From positions 1 to 55,322 of the IMG/VR virus record IMGVR_UViG_3300004225_000001: DNA of 55,322 bases; one strand, 5' to 3'. Position 1 is the first letter of the stretch, and every line of letters begins with the position of its first letter. The stretch is from a virus. Taxonomy: Duplodnaviria; Caudoviricetes. Positions 1-9,500 of this stretch are shown piece after piece. The position numbers and the translations under genes are program-made. The notes beneath the pieces are model-generated. The model had not been told where the DNA came from and searched no databases. It saw only the letters and a list, made by a program, of their open reading frames with translations.

Positions 1-47
1 ATCTGGAGGCGCGGCGCGGAGTCGAACCGCGCTAACCGGATTTGCAA
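1..47. repeat. Left attachment-site core (duplicated 3' half of tRNA-Cys)
   Basis: Identical to 55276-55322. The reverse complement reads TTGCAAATCCGGTTAGCGCGGTTCGACTCCGCGCCGCGCCTCCA. Sequence beyond position 47 does not supply a tRNA 5' half. Confidence 0.95.
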
Positions 48-204
48 GGCCAATTTGCTCTATGGTGACAAACACTTGCGAACCGGCTACCAATTTGGCT
101 ACTTTTCGCTCTGCCTTTCCCGCGCGTCCTCAATGTCAAGGATCGCATTGAGCTGCCCCGCAAGCTCCGCATACCCCGCCCTGCACTGCGCTATTGCACC
201 CGGC

Positions 205-525
205 TTATTTCAGATACAGCGCCGGCAGCACAAACCCCGCAGCGAATAGATCGGCGTGGTAGTCGCTGGCGCTGCACGCCGGGTCTTTTGATGCGCATTC
301 CGCCATGGCCTGCAGCGCAGTCTGGCAGCGCACGGTTTCATTCGGGAACACTTCGCGCAGGCACTGGCTCTCGATGTAGCGGAAGGCCTGAAACACGGCC
401 GGATTGATGGCCTGGTTGCGCGCACGCTCTGGGGCACCGAAAAACACCCACCAGGCCACCCAGGCGCCAAGCACCCAGGAAAGCGGGACGATCCAGTGGC
501 GGCGCCTTGCGTACCAGGCTTTCAT
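205..525 (-). CDS. Small membrane protein (N-terminal TM helix, 4-Cys C-terminal domain); moron-like
   Basis: 106-aa ORF; hydrophobic WIVPLSWVLGAWVAWWVFFG; extended -10 TGcTACCAT 7 nt before the ATG. Confidence 0.7.
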   Translation of the reverse strand: MKAWYARRRHWIVPLSWVLGAWVAWWVFFGAPERARNQAINPAVFQAFRYIESQCLREVFPNETVRCQTALQAMAECASKDPACSASDYHADLFAAGFVLPALYLK

Positions 526-547
526 GCGCGCGATGGTAGCACCGCTC

Positions 548-3500
548 TCAATTGAGCTTCATGTTCAGCTCATGCTGCAGCTTGCGCTTTTTGTCCTGCT
601 CGATGGCGGTCAAGCGCTGGAACTCTTCTTGACCAATGCGGCCGGTCTGCAGCTGGCGCTTGTACTGGCTGATGTTCTTGTCGATCTCCATCTTCTCGGC
701 GCCGAACTTGCCCATGAGGTTCCTGCGCATCACGTCGGGCGGATAGCTGCCCAGCTTCACGCCGAATGATGAGGCCACCGCCTGAGCGGTTGACATTTCC
801 CGGCCAAAGGCGTCGGTACGCCCGGTCAGCGAACCAACGACCCCCGTGGTTGCATAGGTCCCAGGCACGCCAAGCACATTCGGCGCGGCGGCTTTGTACA
901 TGTGATCCAGGAATTTCTCGGCCTTTTGCCGCGCGGTGTCGGTCCCTAGCGTGATTGGCTTTCCGGTGAAGGCGCTCTTGTTCAGTGCAACCTCGGCCAT
1001 CACCGCCAGCGGGCCGCCAGGCTGCAGGCCGGGCAGAATTGGGATGGCCGACTGGCCCTGCCCAATGTCAAATACGTCGCCTACAGGAATGAACCGGCGA
1101 ATGTCCAGATACACAGGGCTGTTGTGACCGTCGTTCCATGGCATGCGGATCAATTTCGGAACCATCCCCCAGACGTTGCCGGCTTTCTCTTCCGGCAACA
1201 GCTTGCGCTCATCTTCGTCGCCGCCGCCCGCGCCAGCAAGCATCACCCCCAGAGCATTGAGCCCACCGGCCAGCGCCATCAGCTTGAGCAGCTTGTGGGG
1301 CTTGCGCGCAACGGTTTCAAGCAGCATTGGCACGGCGCGGTATGTGAAGGACAGGAACGGCCAGGCCGACTTGCGCATGGCATTGATCCACGGCGCATTG
1401 ATGTTGTAGTCGAGGAATGATGCTTTCGCGCGCTTGCCAGCGTCCAGATCCGTCGCGCCCTGCTCTTTCGCGGCCAGCCAGGCGCCAAGGCGGAACACGT
1501 CGTCTTCGGCCTGGTAGGCATCGAGCAGCGCACCGCCTGCAACTTTCACCGCTTTGCCAGGAAGGCTGACAGCCGCTGCATCAAACGCCGCCGGGAAGCG
1601 CAGATGCAGCGCGTGCTGAAGCGCAGCAAAAACGCCGGTCTGGGTTTCCGCATTTCCGCCATTGGTGGCCGCCATCTCGCGTTCCAACGACGCCAGCAGC
1701 GGCTCGATCTGGTCGCGCGAGATCTCATTCGTCACCCAGGATCCCGAATCGCCACCGCTGTCGGAATAGCGGTTGAGGATCTCGCGCGCCGCGTCTCGGT
1801 CCGCAATGCCGCCACGCTTATCGCTGGCCGCTAGCATGATGCGCAGCGCTTTGGAGACATGGGCGGCGTGCACCTCGTGCCAGTCGGCCATCACGAAGTT
1901 CGACATGACGTTGTTCATGTGCACCGCAGGGCTCAGCGCGGTTTTGCTGGTCTTCCACAGATTCAGCACCTTGTTGTACGTGTCGCCGAACGGCTGGAAC
2001 CCACCGCCGGCCATTTGGCGCAGATCGTTCCACACCGGGCCCTCAACGTAGCGCCCGGCCAGCTTGCCGTACTTGAGCACATTGGTGCCGGCGATCTTGC
2101 TGTCGGGCACGCGCACCCATTCGCCAGGCGCGAAGGTGTCGCGGTACTTCTCCGAGGCGTCCACCACTTCGCCGGGGATGGCTTCGCCCTCCTTCTTTGC
2201 ATGGTTGATGGCCAGCCAGTCCAGATAGCGCCCGACTTCCACGTCGTGGATCATGGCGTGCAGGGTTTTTGCGATGGCGAAACGCGCCTCGTCAATCTCC
2301 CCCATTTGCTCGCGCTCGTCCTTGGTGAAGTCGCGCCACAGCACCGCATTGGGGCCCTTCACATCGCGCACTTCCCAGGTTCCTGCCTGCGTCCAGTCGG
2401 CGTATTTGGCAGGCAGGCGCTCGCTGGCGGGCCAGTAGGCCAGCTCCAGCACGCGGCCCGGTTGCCTGCCGGTCATGCCGGGAAGTGGCGTCGTGCCGGT
2501 GCCGGATGGAGCGCGGCGCTCCAGGCGAAGCAGCTGCTCTCCCTTGAGTGCGGCATCAGCCTTTCCCTTGGCAAGCTTGCGCTGCCACCAGTCGGGAGCC
2601 GCGCTTTTGATGGCGGACATGGCGGCCGTCTCGCTCAGGCCGCGCCCCTTGTACTGCTCGCCCAGCACAGCGATGGTGCGCGCGCGCTTGGCCTTTTGCC
2701 CCTTGGTCTGCTCCAGCGTGTGCTTGGCGTAGCTGCGGCGCAGATAGGCAAATCGGTTGCGCTTGAAGGCCTCCGGGTCGAGTTGGCCCAGGCGCACGGC
2801 GTCCTTGGAAAGGCGGTCGATCATCTCCTGCACTTCTTGCAGCACGGCCACCGATTCCTCGGGCAGCCCTTGCATCATGGAGACGTAGGCCTGCGGGTCT
2901 GCCCCGTCCATGTTCATCCACTCGTAGGCCACGCGGCTCTCGGCGCGGGTCAGCGTGGCGAGCTTCTCGATCAGTGAGCCGGCCTTGCGCAGCTGCACGC
3001 GCTGGCGCCCCTGCAGCATGGTGCGCTGGTCCTTCACCGCCTCGGGCAGGCCGTAGTCGGACATCACGCCCGCCTTGACCTTCTCGGGCACGACGGCATC
3101 CAGTAGGCTCGCCGCTTTGTCGTAGATCGCGCCAGTGAGGCGCTCCACGCCAGTGCCGCGGGTCAGGCCTTGGGCAATAGCGTCGAGCGGCCGCACACCG
3201 CCGGTGCGGTCTTGGATGATGGCCTCGGCGCGCGTGGCAGCATCCTGCGCAGGCGCGGCGCGCGACAGGCGGATGTCTGGATTGGTGGGGTCGAAGGTGC
3301 CGCGGTTGCCGGTGGCGCTCTTGATCTGCTCGGGGCGAAACACGATCCAGGTGTCGCCGCCTTCCATCCCGCGAATCACATAGGCGTCATGGCCCGCGCG
3401 CCGCGCTTCGGCCGGCGTCAGCTTGCCATTGCGCTCAAGACCGACCTGCCAGTCGTCATCCTGAATCTCATAGGGGTGGGTCGCGGTCAGATACGCCGGA

Positions 3501-6500
3501 ATAACGTTGCCACCATCGTCCCCGGTGTTGGCGTAGTCGCTGGCAAATCGAGGATTCGTGGTGAAGTATTGGCCCTGCTGATCTTCCGGCACAAGCGAAT
3601 CGCGGAAAGTGGAGAAGTCGTAGGTCGTCCCGTGGTACACCACCAGCGGCTTGCCAACGGCATCCACCACCTTGCTGTCGCCAAACCAGCGCTTGAACGC
3701 CGCGCTTTCCGTCTGATCGCCAGCCATCCCCCGCGAAAGCATCGCCTCCCCGGGCCGCTGAATTCCAAGCCGCTTCGCCACCAGCTCGTACACCTTGGGA
3801 TTGCGAGCAGCCAGATCCTCGGCGTCGCGGTAGCCGCGCTCCCTGGCCTCGGTCTGCAGGCGTTTTTCCTGGCGCGCCTGGTCGTCGGCCAGCGCGGCAG
3901 ATAGGCGCGTGCCGGCCGCTTTGGCGCCGTCGCTTGCCCCCGCCTTGCCGGCCATGTATGCGCGCGCGCCGCGCACCAGGTCAGCGACGAACAGGTCGGC
4001 GCGCTGCTGCTCGCTCAACGTGCCGTCGAGCCAGGTGCTCAGCTTGGCGGCCATGGCGGTGAAACCGTGCTCGGCCAGCCAGTCGCGCGCCAGCGCCGTG
4101 ACCTTGCGCCAGCCCTTGAGCTGCGCAAGCTGGGCGCTTGGAATGTCCACAATGACCTCCTCCACAGCCTCGGCGTTGGTCAGCTTGCCGCGCTTTTGCA
4201 GCGCCGTGGCTGCCTTGCGCACGGCGCCGTTGTTGGCGTAAATCAGGCTCATGGCCTGGGTTTTCGCGTCGCCCAGGATGGCGTGCAGCCCGAAGTGCGC
4301 AGCTTCGTGTTCGGCCAATACGTGCTCGGCGCGCAGCGCGTCGGGCAGGCCGCTGGCGAACAGGTAGAACTCGCCCTCGTGCATGGCGCCGTCCACGTCG
4401 TTCCATGCACCCTGCTCTTCGATGTAGTCGCGCAGTCCCTCGGGCGCCAGCGTCGGATCGGCGAGCACATGCACCTTGGGCATGCGTGGGTTCTTGGCGG
4501 CGATGCGGTCGGCCAGGGCCTGCAATTCGGCCACGGGCATGCCGGCGGGTTCGCCATCGCCGCGGCTGAGTGGGCCTAGCTCCGTCTTGGCTAGAATCTG
4601 TCCGCGCCTCTGTTCTCCGGGCAAGCCAGTCAATCGCGGCTGGAACGATCCGGAGGCAGGGGCGCCCTTGTTTTCGTCGCCATTTGGCGGTTCACTGCGG
4701 CTCAGGCGGATGTCTGGGTTGGCGGTGTCGAAGGTGCCTCGGTTGCCGGTGGCGCTCTTGAGCTGGTGCTTGTTGCGCAATGCCAGCGAAATTCCGGCTT
4801 CGTCTTCAACATAGACGGAATCTGCTGATGGGTTGTCTCGCAGGGCCTTGGCGACGTCCAAAAAGTGGACGGGCGTGTCGGGGCTGTTCAAGGGGCTTTC
4901 GGCCCTGGCGAACAGCTCCATGGTTTTGCCGCTGCTGAGCGCGGCCACGCGCGCCCCCGTCTGGCTGAACGCGACGAAGATTGGTTTGTCGTCGCGGAAG
5001 GTGGAGAAGTCTGATTTCGTTTCGTGGTACACCACCGCCGGCTCGCCGGTGTCAGGGTCCACCACCTTGGAGACACTTTCAGCGGCTACCTCGGGGTCTT
5101 CGGCCTGCACGGCTTCCCAGTCGCCAAACCAACTCCTGAATGCCGGCGTGCGCACCTGTACCCACTGCTCATAGGTGAGCTTCGTTTCGCCTGACGCCTC
5201 GGCCTTCTCGTAGACGTCGCGCCCACCCTCATTTTCGATGCCGCCCTCGCTGTTTTGCGGGAAATGCTTGTTCAGCACCCGCTCAGCCGCAGCGCGGGCA
5301 TTGGCCGTCAGCTGGCGCTGCCACGCGCCTGCGTTCGGCGACCACTTGAACCCGTTGGCTTTCAAGTCGCTCCGGACGGCTTCGCCAGGCTTCTCGTCGA
5401 AGAACAGGCGCAGCCTATCGTCTTGGGCGTTTTCCTCGGTGCGCACGCCTTGGCGAGCGGTTGCTACGGGGCCTGCAGCAGCTTCCGCCACGCGCTGCTC
5501 GGCCTGCGCCAAGCGCTCACGCAGCCGGCGAATCTCGGCATTGTTGTTGGCCAGCTTGTAATCCGCATAGCCCCGGCGTCCGGCAAAATCGGGCTTCTTG
5601 AGCTCGGCGATCAGCGCCGGCGAGTAGCCAAGCGCCACCAGGGGCTCGTCGTCCTTTTTGCGCAGGGCGGCGTTCACGGCTTTCATGCGCTCCTGCGTGG
5701 CCTCACGCTCTTCCAGGTTGGCGCGGATGCGCGCCACCTCGGAGTCCGGGCTGTTGTCGATCGGGCCACGGGCCGCCTTTGCCATGCGGGCAATGCCCTT
5801 GCGCAGAAATTCGCTGGCCTCCTGGGCGCGCTTGTCGGCAGTTTCCGACTTCTTGCGGTTCGCCTCCGCGGGGAAGCGCGCGGGCCCAGCGATCATTGAG
5901 GACATCACCCGTGCACTCGCGCCCAGCGCCTCCAGGTAGCGCGACCGGTAACCCTCGACCACATCGCCCAGAACCTCCACCGCGCGCGCACGCGCCGCGG
6001 CGTCATCGCCGAGCGCGGCCTCGGTCCGTTTCCAGGCATCGACCAGGGCCCGCACATAGTTTCGCCGTGCGCTGGCGCCGCGCTGCTCGGGGCTGTGAGA
6101 AGTGCCAGAGTAGGCCTGCGTTGCGGCATCGCGTGGAATATCCGATTCCCGCACCGGAACCGGCATGGCAGCAGCGAATTCGCGCAGAGCCTCGTATTGC
6201 CCATCATGGATCGCCTGAGTCAGGCCGTCGGCACGCATGAACGAGCCAGGCTCCATCGCGTCCAGCGCTTGCCGGCCCAATTCCGCAACAATGGCGTCGC
6301 GCGCCTGCTCGCGCAGCGCGGCCACGTCACCATCAGGCTGGGCCTTGGCGATGTCTGTGGCAATTTGTGTTGCCGTGCGCACTACGCCGGCTGGTTCAGG
6401 CTCGCTATTTTTGGCGTCCGCGCGTAAAATCGAAGCCGGAGGTGTCCCGATGAAAGTGCCCGATAAATTCCCGCCCGGCTGCGAATTCGTGGCGTCATTC

Positions 6501-9500
6501 AGCGGAGACGAGTTCGTTAAATTCCCCGACGGCAAGGTTTTCAGGCTCGACGACAACGGCTCCGATTTGTTGCCCGCCAAGTCGCTCCCCGCCAAGTCGC
6601 TCCCCGCCAGATCCGCAGCGCCAATTTCCGAAGCCGTTTTCTTGAGCTGCGCACGCGGCTGCCGCGAATTTTCCGCCACCGGCAAGGTCAACTTGTTCCC
6701 GGCCGCAGCAAACGCGGCATCGTAGAACTCGCGCATCGCGTCGCCGATTTCTTTGTACGCGGCCGACGCCTCGGGCTGCACCCGCTGCGCCTCATACAAT
6801 TTGTGCCCCTGGGCATCCTTTGCCGCCAGCATTTGCGGCACATTGATCTGGATCTCCGCCGCCACTCCGTCAGGCAGCACCACATTCAGTAGCACGTCGG
6901 CATAGCCATCGATCCGGGCATCCTCAGAAATGCGGGTCTTGACGCGCGCCACGCTACCAAACACCTTCACGACAGCATCAACCACGGCCTGCACGTCGCC
7001 GTAGCTGCTCACCACCACCGTGGCGCGCAGCAAATCGCGCATCCTCTCAGGGCTGAAATCTGCGCCGTCCGGGTCGACGTACTTTTCGACGGCCCGGTCC
7101 ATATTCTTGACGGACGCGACGATCTGGCCCAGGGCGCCGGACTGCTGCGCCACAGCAGCAACATTCTTGGCGAAGCCCTGAAAAGCGCCCAAGGCTGCAT
7201 CGAGCAGGGGCTTTAGCTCCGCTTTTGCGCGCGCACGGTCCTTGGGCGACACGACCATGGGCCGCGGCTGCTTGGAGTATTTCTCGATGTAGCCATTTGC
7301 TCGCGCGATCAACTCAGCGGGCAGAAAGGTTTTCGCCGACGGAGGCCGGTAGTTGTCACGGTCGCGGTCGTAGGCCTTGCTCTCGATCTTCGATACAGCG
7401 GACGTAGCCTCAGTGGCCTTGGCAGGGCTGTTAAACAGATCGCCCTGAACGGCGCTTGCAGCCTCTCCGATATCGCCAAAAAGTCCATGCTGCGCCGGGT
7501 TCGCCATACCGTCCAGTGCCTGCAGCGCTGCCTTCTGGTAGAGCTCCGGGCTGATCTTGTTCCAGAAGGTTTTAAAACGCGGGTCGGCCTTGATCTGCTC
7601 GCGCACCCACTTGGTCGCCCGCTTCATGTCGGTGCCCACCAGCCGGATGGCAGCGTCGAACAGCTTGGCCAGCGTGGGCATCAGGTCGGGGGTCTTCTCG
7701 GGAACCATGGCGGCGCGCGTGTGCTTGCTGGCAATCTGCGCCAGATCACCCAGGGCGTCCTTGAAGTCCTGCACGGCGGCAGCGCGCTGACCCACCGGGG
7801 TTTTGTCGCCTTCACTTTGCTGCACGCTAGGGAACTCACGCACGGCATCGAGCAGCTCACGGATCGGCGCATCCAGACGGATCACGGGGACACTCTCGCC
7901 AAGCGCCTTCATCGCCATCCACTGGTGGTGGCCGTCCAGCACATGGCCGTCAGACGACACCAGCACAGACCGCTCGCCGATCGACCCGGTCTTCATGAAC
8001 CGTTCGGTCTTTTCGCGCGAAAACTCCGCTTGCGTCGGTTTGAGGCTGGACGCCGGCACCTCGTCCTTGGTGCTGCTAATACCGCGCGCGTTTAGGAAGT
8101 TGACCAGGGCGCCGCGGTGCTCACCTTTGACTTGCGGCATGTCGCTCCGGGGAATACCCAGCGTGCCGGAATCCTCGGGGAAGTGGACCCATTCGCCTAC
8201 TTCGTCGTTTGCGGCTTCGCGCGCTGGTTTTCCAGGCTGTCGTCCTGCGGCATCGGCTTGGGTAGGCCCATTGCCTTGATCGCGGCCTTCACTGCGCGGC
8301 GCATCTTGGGGTTGCCCTCCATCGCGCGCATCAGCTTGTGCACCTTCTCCAGCGACTCCCCGCTGGGGGTCTTGGTCAGCATTGCCATTCTGGGTTTCCT
8401 TTGCGGTATTGATCAGGCTGGCGCGCGTGGGCGCTGGCCCATCGTCGCCAAACATGGATGGCTGGGTCGGGTCGCCAGCATGCTCCAGCGCATCGTAATA
8501 ACGCTGGAAGAACTCGGCAATGCGGCGCGGGCTGCGCGCGTTCTCGCTCAAGAATGTCAGCAGCTCGGCCGCCTCGGGGCTGTACTTGGGCCCGGTCAGA
8601 TCCGCCTGGCCCAGCTCGTCGGACACTTTCCAGCCCTTCTCCTTAAGCGCTGAGAGGCCTTCGACGGCAGCCAGCAGATCGGGGGCGATGTCGGCCTGGT
8701 GCAAGGTGCCAGCGTCCATGCGCTCGCGCGCGGCGGCGATGGTCGGCGCCACACGCACCAGCGCCTTGCTGATGTTGGCCAGGTTGTTGTCCATGCTCTC
8801 CGTCATGCGGCGCAGCGATGGAGAATCCCCGTAGGCGCGGGCCAGCACGGCATTCTGGATGCGGCGGTAGCCGGCGGTGGACAGGCGCCCGTCCGACTCG
8901 ATCAGGTCGCTCTGCTCGGTGACGGGCAGCGTGGCCATGAACTGGCGCACAAAGTCCATGTTGTTGCCAAAATCCCCTTGCTCGTCCGGGTTCAGGCCGT
9001 CGAGGGAATTGAGGCGCTTGGCGTCCGACAGCGCCTGCTCGCTCGGGCTCATGCGCTGCACGGTGCTGGCGTTGGCCTGGCGCGCGAACTCGGCGCGGTT
9101 CACCGGCGTGGCACGCACGCGCACCAGCACGGGCTTGGCCATGGCGTCGATGGCTTCGGGAGCCAGCCCAAACTGCGCCGCGTTGTCACGCAGGAACTGT
9201 TTGTAATTCTCGGCCTTCTGGCCGTTGGCCTGGTAGACGCGCTTGAGCGCAATGGTCCGCGCGTTGCCCGACTCCACCAATCCGTCCGCGCCCACGATAG
9301 GCGCGCCGTTGGCAGCATCCGCCGACAGGCCCAGGCGGGCCGGGTCAAGTCGCTGCACGATGCCCGAGACTTGCAATTCGCTGGCCTGGCGGCTGCGATC
9401 GCGCGGCTGCAATTCCTTGGGGAAAAGCGGATTGACTGCCAGCCCCTCGTCGTGCGACGTCACCAGATCGCCCGCGTCCATCAGCGCGTACTGCGCCTCC

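Noticed and set aside
1-47. A second intact tRNA-Cys at the left end
   Set aside because: Only the 3' half is present; the adjoining sequence does not complete the anticodon stem, D-arm or acceptor stem
4620-5240. Other alternate-frame ATGs in giant-gene linkers (near 4683 and 5232)
   Set aside because: One gives only 17 codons with no RBS; the other overlaps a conserved ART-like region and reads as frame shadow
6237-6449. Longer 162-aa version of the nested antisense ORF given in the ORF track
   Set aside because: The upstream part reads as antisense shadow; the -10 box and RBS point to ATG 6450
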